A stretch of 55,696 nucleotides of DNA from an uncultured virus (IMG/VR IMGVR_UViG_3300008110_007658) (lineage: Duplodnaviria; Heunggongvirae; Uroviricota; Caudoviricetes): IMG/VR virus record IMGVR_UViG_3300008110_007658; one strand, given 5' to 3'. A program made the translations under genes and the position numbers. Positions 31,501 through 43,500 of the stretch are shown here, piece after piece. The notes beneath the pieces are model-generated. The model was given only the letters and a program-made list of their open reading frames with translations, ran no database searches and was not told the origin of the DNA. Position 1 is the stretch's first letter; each line of letters opens with the position of its first letter.

Positions 31501-32986
31501 TATTTTTACCTTTGATAAAAGTCGGAACTGATAAAGTAACTGGTTCATTTAAAGTTATTTCTGTAATTGTTTGTATATCATATAAAGAAATATTCCATTG
31601 ATTTAAGTTTGAATTTGAATTGCTGTAAGATCCAGATTCAAGTTTGAAATCATAAACTCTTGCTACACCAATTTCTTTACCTGGTGCTGAAGTTTGAGTG
31701 GTTCCAACTCTAGAATCTCTTAAACTCAATACATACGTATTTCCTATTCCAATAGTAGGTGATCCATATACTCTATTTAATTTAAGAGTTGGTCCTGTAT
31801 TATAGTTAATAGATTGCAACTCTAGTGTTTTTGTCGTTCTTGGTTTCGCAATATCTAAAAACGTTGGACTAATAGTTTCAATTTCATATCCTCTTATGAA
31901 TGCTTTTCCAGGAGATACTTGATAAACTGCAAGATCATCTGAAGCAGTTAATCCACCATAAGTGAATTGTCCTTGATTGAAAATACCACGATTACCTAAA
32001 TTATCATTTAAAGATTCTTTTAGTGAAACGTCAAAAGGAGTTACATAATAATCTCCAGATTCTGAATATGTTCTTCTTGCCAATTCATCAGAAATAATAC
32101 TATAATCCGTTGTTTGTTTTTGTGATCTAAGAACACCATTTTGAATTGTTGCTAATTCGACAAAATTGGCATCATTGAAATCATCTAAAGATTTCTTAAA
32201 AAGAGATACTGATATTTTTAATCTATCTGCTCCGGGTGCAGCATAATTATTAAAACCTTGCGAATTATCGTTTAAATTTTCATCAATATCCGCATTGACA
32301 ATCTCCTCACTTACAAAGAGACCAACTCTGTAATTTGGTTTATTATTATATTGGTCTAATATTAAAGTTTCAGTCTCTACGTTTACAAATTGTCCTCTAA
32401 CAAAATAAACACCATTTGTAATCGAGAATGCTGATGCAACAGATGTTGCATTATTTGAAATAGTTGCTGCAAAGGGAGTTCCTGCTGCAATTGACGCATT
32501 CCCTAATAATCCAGAAGAAATTAATGTATTTGATGATAATAATTCACCATTAGAAAATTGTTGAGTTGAATTATTTTGTGTATTTGAACTTAGATAATTT
32601 ACATATAGAGTGATATTACCTCTTTCTGATTCTGAAGATGATAATACCTTTTCTACTACTGCAGTAACACCAGAAGTTTGTCCTGTAATTTTTGTTCCAA
32701 CAAGTTGATCGGCATATGCAGATACCGGAATTCCAAGATAATTATTCTGAAGTTCTACTGCATAATAAAGTGCATTATATCCAATATTTCCCGGAATAAC
32801 TTTAGAACCTTCTTTAAAAAAGTGCTGACCAAATTTCTCAATTTGATTTTGCAGTATTGATTGTAAAGTTGTTAGTTCTCTTGCTTGAACAGGATATCCT
32901 GGTTTAAAAAGTACCCTATAATAGTCATTATTTGCATCAAAGTCATCAAAGTAAGGAGATACGTTGAGATTGGTTTGTTGTGACAT
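25547..32986 (-). CDS. large virion structural protein, VrlC/DUF4815-like
   Basis: 2479 aa; NLNVSPYFDDFD...YYRVLFKPGYPVQARELTTLQSILQNQ, APGADRLKI, RFKSGFFVDNF, DPLAQSF, GSLFKSQNASTW. Confidence 0.88.
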   Translation of the reverse strand: MSQQTNLNVSPYFDDFDANNDYYRVLFKPGYPVQARELTTLQSILQNQIEKFGQHFFKEGSKVIPGNIGYNALYYAVELQNNYLGIPVSAYADQLVGTKITGQTSGVTAVVEKVLSSSESERGNITLYVNYLSSNTQNNSTQQFSNGELLSSNTLISSGLLGNASIAAGTPFAATISNNATSVASAFSITNGVYFVRGQFVNVETETLILDQYNNKPNYRVGLFVSEEIVNADIDENLNDNSQGFNNYAAPGADRLKISVSLFKKSLDDFNDANFVELATIQNGVLRSQKQTTDYSIISDELARRTYSESGDYYVTPFDVSLKESLNDNLGNRGIFNQGQFTYGGLTASDDLAVYQVSPGKAFIRGYEIETISPTFLDIAKPRTTKTLELQSINYNTGPTLKLNRVYGSPTIGIGNTYVLSLRDSRVGTTQTSAPGKEIGVARVYDFKLESGSYSNSNSNLNQWNISLYDIQTITEITLNEPVTLSVPTFIKGKNSGASAFIKDAVTNNATITVYEKSGEFIKNESFIIDGIESGLVAIAVTSYGISDIKSVYGIVGSASTFTADTIQSTDFSVGIATISPLSSGISTVFSPNSLFPGTVVKVGNLVQYSDQSVSEPVTAKVVSVNTTSITISGVTTVTGIVNGKLPSSALSVTDFRTLTTKLESSQDNTLYTKLPKNNISSVDLTDASLTIRKTFTVNISSNQLSLAVSAGQNETFLPFDEERYSLIRSDGTTEVLTSDKFAFINGGTQLQIYNLGTNNTNATLIATLKKIKPKSKVKLKNRVNTLIVNKSKNVGSGIGSTTLNDGLSFGNFPYGTRVQDENISLNTPDIIKVHAIYESANTSAASAPTAILSSINGPTSKTSDFIIGEKLTGQSSGAIAICAERLTDSQISFIYKNENSFKEGETISSDESKIQAVIVTLDSSSFEISSNYTFTTGQKGTFYNCGTINRKPSSLESSKQLKIYFSNGYYQSSDDGDITTVNSYTSFDYGKEIKTVDGIQNSDIIDIRPVVSSYTVSENSRSPLEFYGRTFNSSGNSAANILASDESIVTNYSFYLGRIDRIYLTKDGKFQVKYGTPSEKLEKPVSVDDALEIATITLPPYLYDTSQASIQFLEHKRYRMVDIKQLENRIKNLEYYTALSLLETNTANLFVPDADGLNRFKSGFFVDNFTSLLAQEDSVEYKNSLDISNKELRPKHYTTSVDLISGPVVNVDPTDDLAFSSPEGINIRKNEGIITLDYAEIEWLKQSFATRSESVTPFLISFWQGTLELTPATDTWVDTVRLDAKIINTEGNYAETLANAVKTLKVDPQTGFAPTIWNSWVDNWTGREIINSTRTRTTTNEVSNWSGIPIYGRITETVIEDTIREVRNTGVSTRQGNTTVVTEQFDRTSVGDRVVSRDLISYMRSRNIQFISKKVKPLTQLYAFFDGVDVTKYCTPKLLEISMISGVFEVGETVVGKMQSTGTIQNLGNNAPNITFRVAQSNHKEGPYNLPTSTYPFNPYTNQVLQQSYSSTSSILNIDTFSLANKPQGEYSGWVSQEMILVGKTSGAQATITNVRLISDISASLIGNFYIPNPNISIHPRFETGTKTFTLLNNNLNNQDLATTIAEEGFVSSGTLETVQENIISVRNARVENKQEFESRAVSRTTGTLVVASNVISETRRGGIIGWYDPLAQSFLVDDESGVFLTRCDVFFRSKDDMDVPVTFQLRTMQNGFPTQKVIPFSEIVLDPSQVNISGDGSVATSISFKAPVYLEGGKEYAICLASNSTKYSVYISRIGENDLLTQSFISNQPYLGSLFKSQNASTWEASQWEDLKFTLYRADFIESGTAEFYSPELTNGNKQIATLLPNSIDLNSNKIRVSLASTLNDSGLTLGNIILQEGSNATGNYVGSAGIATATLNIINAGIGYTPASGSYTFSSVNLTTVTGSGRNATANVTISNGVAIAATIVGGGSGYQVGDVLGITTIGATSVGSNARFSVVSIASTNQLILDNVQGDFVTGVGKTVRYINNSGITTNLNASSGGNVLISSINTVSDGLHINVNHKNHGMYSNTNYVEISNVQSDIVPTKLTVAYNSDSNAAISVDNSTNFATFENVSVGIANPGYLLIGNEIIEYTSVTAGSIGGQITRGSNPTNYPAGTPVYKYELGGVSLNRINKVHYFGNVTESNPITFDSYKIKIDMSSNGIDRTIGSVYPNLHFNQTKSSGGYNINATQNIPFEIVTPNVQNVTVRGTALNAELRTVTGSSMSGNEIPFIDNGFESITLNNSNYLNSSRIVCSKINETNNLTNLTGNKSLNMRLLLNTTDSRLSPVVDTQRVSAIFTSNRVNSAITNYATDSRVNSVLDDPSAFQYLSKEINLEYSASSIKIILNAHINLYSDIRVLYAIDQNQNFNPIFVPFPGYNNLNVKNEIINFADSDGRSDIFVPPANSLGYLPSEIEYKEYVFTADKLPAFRSYRIKIIMTSTNQVYVPRMKDLRVITLA

Positions 32987-32992
32987 AATTCT

Positions 32993-34543
32993 TTAGAATT
33001 GCAGAATGACTTTAATATCTTCTTTTTGATTTGATGACCGTGTAATCGATGGTCTATTATCTACGTAAATGATATTTCCCGAATATTTTTTAACTTCAGG
33101 ATTAGCAGTACCATTGGCAAAAGATTGTCCAAGATAGTATGTTCTATTATTTATTACTGTTGATAGACCAGTAAACCCAGTATCGATTGATAAACTAACA
33201 CTTCCCCCAGCAATATTGACACTTCCTCCAGTAGATGGAAAACTTGTAAATTCTATCAAACCAAAACCATAAATTGAAGTTGACTCTGCGACTCCAACAT
33301 TATTAAATCCAGCGAGAGTTCTATCTTGCCAGTATTTTAAAACTCCAGTATTTTGATCATAACCAATCACTCTCCCAACTGCAGTACTTCCACTTCCAAC
33401 AGTTTGTGTAATATATGCATCTGCAGCAAATGAAGCAGAGCTGTATCCAATTCCGGTAAGTTTGAGTGCGTAAACCGCACTTGCTTTATCTAAGGATAGG
33501 ATTTGTGAAGATCCAAATGATTGTGGATTTTCTACGATACCAATTCTCGAAATTTCATTCCCTGTTATAAAATCTGGATTTTGATTATCATTCTCTATTC
33601 TAGAATAAAGTAAAACATTATATGCACCAAGTTCTCTATAAATATCATATCCATGTCCACCTTTAGGTGGAATAATAACATTAAAAGTTGGACTGATCGA
33701 ACCTGTTGGAACACCTCCAGAAACTAAATCGACAATACCATAAGTGTATCCGGAACCTTGACTAGATACAGTAATAGTGTCTACTTTAGAATCGTTGTTG
33801 ATAATAATTGTACATTCTGCACCAGTTCCATCACCTTTAATTGGAACTCTAGTATAAGTACTATTAGCAGTTCCTATTCCTGAACCTCTATCAGTAATGG
33901 TGACAATTTTAATTGAACCATCTACTGCATTATCTCTTACCGCAGCATTGTCTGTGCCAGTTTCCCAATCAAAAGGTACTGGCATGAAATCTGTAGAATC
34001 AAATTTTACAATTTCGCCGGGTTTTATTGTATAAAGATATTTCCAAATATAACCATCTCCACTCGAACCTGCAGACCTTGGTTCTAGATCAGTAAATGTT
34101 GGTTCGTCTAATGAAGGTCTGCCATTGGGATTTTCTGGATCAATTCCATTTTGCAGACAAATATAAACTCTATAATCACTATTCAAAACATAATAAGATG
34201 AGGAATATAGATTTGTTGCTCCAGAAACTTTTGAAGTATTTGATCTACTATAATCATGTCGATACATATCATAAGTCGCACCAGAAGACCAAGTTCTTTT
34301 TTGGATAACTTGACGTATATCGTTCGAAGTAATTTTTTTCAATGCAATCATAGTATCCCAATAATTATTTTCTTCATCAAAATTATCTTTCGGTGAAGGT
34401 GGATTGGTATTCCAATCAGTTTGTAATTCATTTGAATTTGGAAGTCCTACAAAAGAATAATAAGAATTATTACTTGTAGTTACGCCAGATATAAAATTCT
34501 TTGCATTCAATATTCTAATCTGGTCGGTTATAATTGCTGCCAT
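32993..34543 (-). CDS. gp8: baseplate wedge subunit
   Basis: YDMYRHDYS, YRVYICL, DGYIWKYLYTI, terminal SGNIIYVDNRPSITRSSNQKEDIKVILQF. Confidence 0.92.
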   Translation of the reverse strand: MAAIITDQIRILNAKNFISGVTTSNNSYYSFVGLPNSNELQTDWNTNPPSPKDNFDEENNYWDTMIALKKITSNDIRQVIQKRTWSSGATYDMYRHDYSRSNTSKVSGATNLYSSSYYVLNSDYRVYICLQNGIDPENPNGRPSLDEPTFTDLEPRSAGSSGDGYIWKYLYTIKPGEIVKFDSTDFMPVPFDWETGTDNAAVRDNAVDGSIKIVTITDRGSGIGTANSTYTRVPIKGDGTGAECTIIINNDSKVDTITVSSQGSGYTYGIVDLVSGGVPTGSISPTFNVIIPPKGGHGYDIYRELGAYNVLLYSRIENDNQNPDFITGNEISRIGIVENPQSFGSSQILSLDKASAVYALKLTGIGYSSASFAADAYITQTVGSGSTAVGRVIGYDQNTGVLKYWQDRTLAGFNNVGVAESTSIYGFGLIEFTSFPSTGGSVNIAGGSVSLSIDTGFTGLSTVINNRTYYLGQSFANGTANPEVKKYSGNIIYVDNRPSITRSSNQKEDIKVILQF

Positions 34544-34561
34544 TTTACAAGGTTTTTTTAT

Positions 34562-34569
34562 TATTTATA
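34562..34569 (-). promoter_or_regulatory. T4 late promoter TATAAATA (gp8)
   Basis: Exact TATAAATA in the gp7-gp8 gap. Confidence 0.85.
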
Positions 34570-34578
34570 GGTGTCATA

Positions 34579-37500
34579 TTAGGTTATATAGTTTTTATAT
34601 TTTAAAGGAACAGCTCTTTTTACTATAGTTGAGGTGGAAATTCCACCAACCCCTCTATTTCCATAAAAACTGTAGGAGTTTATTCCAATTGGACCTGATA
34701 GAACAATTTTGCCCCAACTAAAGTTTCCAAAATAGTGTGAAGTACCTATTATTCCCGAATAAGTTGGGCCAAAGGAAATTGTGCTAACTCCAGTTACTCT
34801 TGCAAAAAGTCTATTAACATAAGTAAATCCAACTCCAGTTACATTTATTCCTATAATTTGCGAACTATCCACTTGATACACATTATCAACAAAATATGTT
34901 CCAATACCAATTGTACTTCCATCTGTCCTAGTTGAAACTATTGATGTAGTTGCAAATCCAACATTTGAATCATAGACCATAAAATATTGAGATGCGGTTA
35001 ATCCACTTATAGTAATTGCAGTGCCAACAATTGAAGGTTGTTGTAGATATGAATCATCTGGAATAAAAGTATCGAAAATTAATTTTGTAACGCCAGATAT
35101 GGATGTAATACCAAATCCAACAATTACACCAGAATCTCCCTGATATGAAGTAACAAAAGATTTTTCTGTTTTAAATGTTGGTGGTTCTATTAATACTGAA
35201 GGTGGATTTGTTGAGGTATATCCAGATCCAACACCTGTAATGGTGAATGAAGAAACTATTCCAGAAACTATAGTAGATGTTACTATTGCAGTTGATCCAA
35301 CTCCAACAGGAGATTGTATAGTGACAATTGGATTATTGGTATATCCATATCCTCCATTAGAAATAATTAATGAAGATATAGTTCCTGCAGAAGATACAAC
35401 TGCTGTAGCCGATGCACTAACAATTGTATCCTGAGAAATAAAACTTACACTCTTTTGGAAACTAAGTGAAACATCATTTTCGTTAACTGGATTAAAGAAT
35501 GGTCTCACATTATCAACATAAACTATAGTAGTTCCGATTCCAACAGATTGAATCAAATATGCAACTGGGTCAATGATAGGTTCATACCGCATACGGTCTT
35601 TCCCAATCCCTTGCTCATTAATTATCATATCTTCAGTTTGTCTGCACCAAACTACAGGTCTAACCAAAGTTTCATTGGTAGTATTTCCTGGACCAAAGTA
35701 TGGATTAGTACTTACCAAATCAGTAGAATCAACACTTGTTACGTTTCTAGCATCTTCTTGTAAGTATGAACCTTGTCCAATAGATGGATCGTAAGAAATA
35801 GTCAAATCGTCACCAATTTTGACAGTTTCTAAAATATTTCTGAAGATAACATCAATATCACCACTTCCCTTATAAAAGAGAATTTTTAAAGTATCTCCAG
35901 ATTTTGGAGCTTCCGCAAATGTTATCATACTACCACCTGGGAAAAGATATGATTGTCCAGGAACTTGCAAGATATCGTTAATAAACACTAGAAGGGTGTC
36001 TTGAACTTTAATATTTGATCCTCTTGCAGATCTTATTGAAATCGTATCTCCAAGATATTTGATTGGGAAAACAACTCTTTCTCCATCGAATAAATGTGAG
36101 AAACTATCAAGAACTTGCAATTCTCCAATAGACCATCCACTAAACTTATCAGTGAATGTTTTTTGAATAATAATTTGGAATTCATTGAAACTTGAACCAA
36201 CAACTGTCGGTATACCAACAGTTCCTCCAATTGGAAGTGTTAAAACATCTCCCTGACCATAAGAATATCCAGTATTTCTAATTTCAAAATCAATCACACT
36301 AGAACCTTGACCAACAACGACATCAATTGTTGCCTCAGTTCCAATTCCAGAATAAGATGAGTTATAAACTAAAGGAATGTTTGAATATGACAGTGGAGCA
36401 TCAAATATTACATATGGTGGATTTGATATTGAATATCCAACTCCTGGATTTGTAATAGCAACACCCGTTATGTGTCCATTAGAAATTGATGCAGTACCAA
36501 TAAATTGAATATTAGGCGTACCTGTTGAAGAAGTTCCAACACCAACTCTAACAACTTGAACACCAGAGCGATATCCAGAACCACTATTACCAATACTAAT
36601 AGATGAAATAGTTCCGGCAATTGACACTACTGCAGTTCCTCCTGCAGAGACTAATGGTTGATAACCAAATCCTTCAGTTGATCCAACCGAAACAATAATT
36701 CCACCTGCAGGAATACTTGCAGTATTCACATCATTTGCAATAGAAGTTGCAGTACCAGTAAATGTTATGGAGGTCATTCCAACATTTTCTGATAGATTAT
36801 AGTCATATGGCAATCCAGGTCCTTGGAAAATGTCATTGATAAGTATAATTCCATTTTGATCAGAAATGCCAGTAATAGATGACCTGTTTGATCTCAATTC
36901 AAAACTTTTATTGGAACCTGTAAACTGAGATGAAATATCATCAAAACTATAATTTTTATAATAAGTTTCATTTGCAGTATTAACTTCACCAGATCTTAAG
37001 AAAGATCTTCCTTGGAATCTTGAACTTGTGGTTATTCCCAACCAATCCCTTTCATCTGGTGGATTTGTAGTTGTACCATATGGAAGATTGCCATATGGTG
37101 CCTCAACAAAATTGAGAGTGTTGTCAACAATATTATAATTTCCAACTATCTTAGTAACCAACTCTCCGGTTGAATATCCTGCAATTACTGTTCCTAACCA
37201 AGGTCTTCTAACTTTAATCGCATTTGTACTTCCGATACCGATACCATCAATTCTCATAATTTCATCACCAACCTTAATCAAATCTCCGCCAAAGAATGAA
37301 GTTATGCCGGTAAAAAATAAAATATCATCAGTTGTAAATGCATTAATTGCGAGAGTAGTTGTAACTGCAGTCGAAACTATAGGCGATTGAATTACATTAT
37401 CGATAGCTACAAGTAATTTTGCATTTTGATTATTACCTGTAAATGTATGATATGTTCCAATACCAACACCGGTCAAATCTAAAGTAATTGGAGTAAATTT

Positions 37501-40500
37501 TAAAGCATCTTCTGCACTTGCAGACAATTTAATAATATTATCATTTACTTTAACAACATAAACATCTGATGGAAGTTTGTCTGTAGTTCCTATACCAACA
37601 AAATTTGTGGGTGAGATTTCGATGGATTGACTAGTTCCTGCTCCAGAGTTTGAATAATTTATTAATTCTCCACTAACAAAGAAGTGGTTTGGTATTTCAA
37701 TTGTATTTGATTCAATATTGACAATCGAAGTATCACTTGCATCAAAAACTTTTTGGAAAATGGGGTTATTTTGATAATACAAATCAAATGATCTTCTAAT
37801 ATCTCTATCTGCTCCTTCATACGTTGCATAGTTTGTTTCTATAGATGCATTAATAAAATCAACAACATCTCTAGTATCATCTTCATTTCTTAAAGCATTA
37901 AGAAATACTTTAACCTGAACATCAATATTTGGAAGTGGGGTAAATGTCAGTTGAGTGGTTGTGCCAATTCTTTCACTTCCTATAGTTCCTATTCCCACAA
38001 ATGTGTTTATAGTTGCAAATTCTGAACTATAAGTTTCTGTCCCATCATCAACCATAACAACTTCAGAAAGTTGATGGATATTATTTGTAGTATCGGAAGC
38101 TTGAACTATAAAGTATGCACCATCATATTGGTCAGGATAATCACTAATTACAACCGGAACTGGTGAAGATGTTGATGATATTGAAACAGTTCTTGCTTCT
38201 AAACGAGAATGTTTCATATCATAGGTTCCAATACCAGAATATGAACTATTTGCAAGTGCAATTTGAATAGTATTAATAGTTACTCCTACACCAACATTTG
38301 GGAAAAAGTCAATTTTCAGTTTAGATCCTGTTAAGTATGAAGAAAATGTGCCCAATCCAGAACTTGACAATTCATCATATGAATGAGTTGTTAATTGTCC
38401 ATATTCTAATAATTGTACGTCAGTTCCGTTATGCAAAACATTTAATTCTGTAAATTCATACTCATTGTTATTTGCAGTTATTTCAACTAAAACTTTTGCA
38501 GATGTATATGTATTTTCAATATTTAAAATTGTCGTTGATCCAGAAGAAACGCTGGTGCTATTTGTTTGTATATCAGCAACTCCTCCAAAACTAGTACTAC
38601 CTACACCAGATAAACTATCTGATAAATTATATGAAAGGGTTGTTATATCATAATCATTTACCGAGTACTTTATTGGATAGAAAATGAGAAGTCCTTCAGA
38701 TCCATCTACGGCAAAATCAAATGATCCAAGATCAGCATAAGTTTCATTTCTTGCATATTGACTTAAATAACCATTCGATCCATCATGAAGAACAGTTAAA
38801 AGCATGATTTGCCTTTCTGCAGTAAATCGCTTATCCCTAACGTATGTAATATATTTTTGAGCCCTAAAATCAGCAAGGAAGAATCTATGAACTTCTGAAA
38901 ATTTTGTTGGTCTTGGATTACTGTTAAAGAGATATGAAATATCGTCAATATATAATACTCTATTTCCAACAGATTCAAAATAATCTGTTAAAATTTTACT
39001 TGAAAAAATTATTTCATCGGTAAAACTATTTTCTCCAATTATTAGAGAATTTTCTTTAACTAAATCAAAATCATAAACACAATTTAAGTCAGCAAATCCA
39101 ACGATATTATTTGTTATGTCTATCGATGCTAGATTTGATGTCAATACTGGGGTTAGTGAATTATTATTACTATTTTTTTCTATGAAAGATTTATTATAAT
39201 ATAATGAAGAATTTAATTGATAATCTGAGAATTTTTTAAATCCTAGCGTATGGTTTAAAGTGCCCACAGCATCTTTCCAAGAATCATAGTCAACTTCAGA
39301 TTTCAATGAATATGAGAAATTTTGATAATATAAACTATCTTGAACTCTTTGCAAATTGTCATTTAAAACTCCTGCACTTGATTCCCATCCATTTTCAAAT
39401 TTTGAAGATGAATTTAAATTGAAGAATGTATCAATATTATTATTTGATGTAATCAATCCTTTAGATTTTGATGATGAACCCTCTACAATTTCATTAATTC
39501 TAAAATCTTGATTTGATTTGATTTTGAGATATGTTGTTTTTTGATTCCACTGCTCAACTGTTCCCTCTGCAGAAGGTGTAGTTATAACTTCCCCTTTAAG
39601 AAAATCATTTGTTTGGAGAATGGGATTGAAGATTGGAAAATATTTTTCGGGAATAATTCTTCCAGAAGAATTGACATCATCAAAAGTTCCTGGATATTCT
39701 GAAGGATTTAATAATCCATCAAGACTATATGTAACCTGACCAAACCCACCTATATTTTCTGTTACAGAATTAATTGTGAAGAGTTGGTAATCATAATTTT
39801 CAGAATTATAACCTTTCGAATCAGATCCAACACCAATGCTTATGTTCTCAATAAGAACTTTGTCATTAACTGCAAATGGGAAAGAATTTGAAGTACTAAA
39901 TCCAACTGCTAAAATAACAGTTACATTTTTACTAGTAGAGTTATAACTTATTGAAGAAATTCCAACTCCGTTTGAATTTTGGGTTGGTAAAATTTTTGGT
40001 TTAGTGTTATAAAGACCATAAGTATTTTTTAGGATAGTTACTTGACTGTCGCCTAAATTATACTTTAAATCAACTTCGGTAACAATTTCATTAGTTTTGC
40101 CATCAAAAACTAATAATTTTGCGGGAGAACTGTATCCCCTTCCAAAGGAAGTAATTCCAATTGATTGGAAAGATGCTAATGGTTCAATTTTGGCAATTTG
40201 AGTAAGTTTTACATTTGGTTTAAGAGTAAAATCTGTTGGAAAATCAAATCCAATATCATTAATTTTTGATTTCTTTATTTTTCCAATAGAATTGCTATGA
40301 GATTCTAATATTGAACCGGAACCATAATCTGAAGTTACACTTGAGATTGATGGAAGATCATAATAGTTTGCACCATTGCTTGTTATTTTGACTTTAGAAA
40401 TTGGTCCATATGCGTTAGAAGAATCTGTTTCATAACTCAATAAAGATCCTGCGGAGGATGTATAAGATGGTGATTCTGGATATTTTGGTAAATTATATGT

Positions 40501-43500
40501 AAATGAAGTTGAAGACGTTGATATTATATTTTGTTTTCCATTATAGTCACTAAATTTAACTTGTATTTGGTTATTTGAAAATACTGTAGAATCTGTAGTA
40601 ATTTCTTCCTTTTCAATAGGTAGAGGATATTCGTATATTGGAACTAAATTATAATAAATTTTTTCTGGAAGATATTCATTTACAGTCAATACAACTCTAG
40701 CACTAGTTGTAATTCCAACAATCCCATATCTTTTAACTTCAAAGTCTTCAGTTTCTTTAGTAGAATCAAATAATTCTGTAAAATTGGAATCTTTGTAAAA
40801 ATTCAACTTGAATGCAGAATATTTTGTCGATGAATTTGTATATGAAAGAGATGAATCTGAAAGATCAAAAGTTACTGTAGAATTGCGATAAACTTCAATT
40901 GGTGGGTTTACTGCAGAAATAGTTCCATCAGAAGCACTGGTAATTCCAACTACGGTAGGATTTAAATCAACTGCTTGATAATAAGTATCAGAAAGTTTAA
41001 TATTATTCTCATCTACGATAATCGTATAATATACTTTGTTATTAACTAATTCACCTGAAGGTGTTGAGGATGTATAAATTACTTGTTGACCAGATACAAA
41101 TTTATGTTTTGGAATTGTAATCGCTGAAGTTTGTGTATTAATTCCACTAGCAGAAAAAGATTTTGGATTAGCAACTAATTTTCTATTGTAGTCATTATAT
41201 TTAATGACAAAGGATGTAGATATTGATGGATTTACGTCAACGAATACTAAATCATTATTTACAAGACCATGAGTTTGTGCAGTAGAAACTGTCACCGTAT
41301 TTTTAGAAATTTGTCCAATAATTGCCGAATAATTTGTTTTAAAACTATGGTAAGTTCCTGTGCCAATTCCTGTAAAATAAAATGTGGTTATATTTGAAGT
41401 TGTACTTGAGACACCGACTATAGTTCCAGTGGATCCCAATCCAACTTTTACGCTTGATATTCCTATTAAATCACCAGAAATTTTGGCAATGTAGACTACG
41501 GATTGATCAGTTAATATGGTTGAAATTCCATTTGAAGAAACTGAAATTGGAGTTCCTCCATTTGAATAATATGTAATTTTATCTCCCGTTTCTAAATTAT
41601 GATTTGGGATATAAATTGTTTTTGTTGGAATAAAGATTTGAGTGATTCCAACACCTGGATTTGAGAATACTATTGTACTACCAATTCCAACACCAAATGC
41701 AGTTCCTAGTCCTAAAGAATCTATTGGATTAAAATAAATTTCTTTGTTGATTTTATAATTATATGATGTATTAAATCCAACATCTATTGATAATTCTCTT
41801 GGATTTTGATAAAGAATAGATGTTGTAGTATGTGAAGATCCGATAGTGCCATTTATTCCTCTCAAAATTCTAATTCTGGAAGAATTTAAATCAATATTTA
41901 ATACTTTTACAATTTCCGAATCTATACTAAGAGTATCATTCTCTCTAATCTTTGATATATCACCAGAGATAGAGATGTAAGTTACAATACCCGTAATAGA
42001 TGATGAATTGATTCCAGTATTACTTGTCAATGCAAAAGTATTAGTTGACACACCAACAATATAAGATCCTTCAATTAAAGATGAAGTTGTGCTTAATCCA
42101 GATACCGCAACCAAATCTTTATTTTTAAAATTATGGGGATTTGGTGAAACTACTTTGAAGAATCCTTTTTGGTCTGATGGGTAAAATTCTAATCCAGAAA
42201 GTGTGGTTGAGGCAACACTTATAGAATTAACTTCCTTTCCTTCAATTCTAGAAACTCTGGCACTGAGTCCATATCCACCAGTACCCTCCTCATCAAATAC
42301 TACAGAATCATTAACTTTATAATTTATTCCTCCAGCAACAACTTCAATATTGTCAACAGTTCCTGGCTCTGCAAATTTAACATCAACTGTTTGATTCAAT
42401 TGATTTGGTATAGTTAAATACGAATAGTTATTGATAGAATTATATGGTTGAGTATTTCTCACCCAATTTGTTGTATTTAAATCGATTTCATCTTGGTTTG
42501 ATGATGGTTTAAAATTAAATTCATTCGGTTTTGATCTAAAATTATTACCAATAAGATATGGAAATACCGGATGCTTATATCCAACAAAAGGTCCAGATGA
42601 GTCTGCAGATGAATTATTAATTGTTGCAAAATATGCATATGTTCCATTTGGAAATTCTGGAGTTTTGCAGAATCTTCCATTATTTTCATCTAAGTAAGAT
42701 TCATCAGATACCTCAAAATAGGTATAATCTTCTATAAAAAATCCTTCAGGAAATACTGGTCTATCTTCACTTGGGGTTAATTTATATCCAGATTTCATCT
42801 GAACAACTACACCACCTTGGTTAGTCGCATAACCATATGGACCATAAATTGGATTTCCATCATATGCCCAACCAATAATTGGTGAGTGATCAGTAGATAC
42901 TGATTCGATATCATTTATTTTCTTAAGATCCGTCTTTCCGTAAAGAATTTTCCCACCTTGGTCTGATGGGTAGATAATTTCTCTAAGTTTTCTTGGAGCA
43001 TATAAATGGGAATATTGTAATTGATATTCTTCATTTAATCCAATATTAATAACTCCGTCATCGGCAGTAATATTGTTAAAATATTTTTGATAAAGGTTTA
43101 CATTCCAAGTTTTTATTTTTGTATTGAATTTAGCACCAGAACCCGCAGAAACGATCGATACTTGCGTTGATTCTTGGCGATATCCAGTTCCACCTTCTAT
43201 AACTTTAACTGAGATTATTTGTCCATTTTCAATAATTGGAACTATTACTGCACCAGCACCGTCTCCAATTACATTTAAAGTTGGGGGTGAATTATAATTT
43301 TTTCCAGAAATATTTGGTAATACTTCAACTATTTTTCCATTTGATATAATTGGAGTTAATTGTGCTGATGTACCACTATTTAAAGTAATCAGAGGGTCTC
43401 TTCGATAATTTAATATTTCGGAAGATCCATATTTGGTGCCTTTATTTGATAAATGTATTGAGGTAATTTCTCCTCTAAAAATTGGTTGAACAACCGCTGC

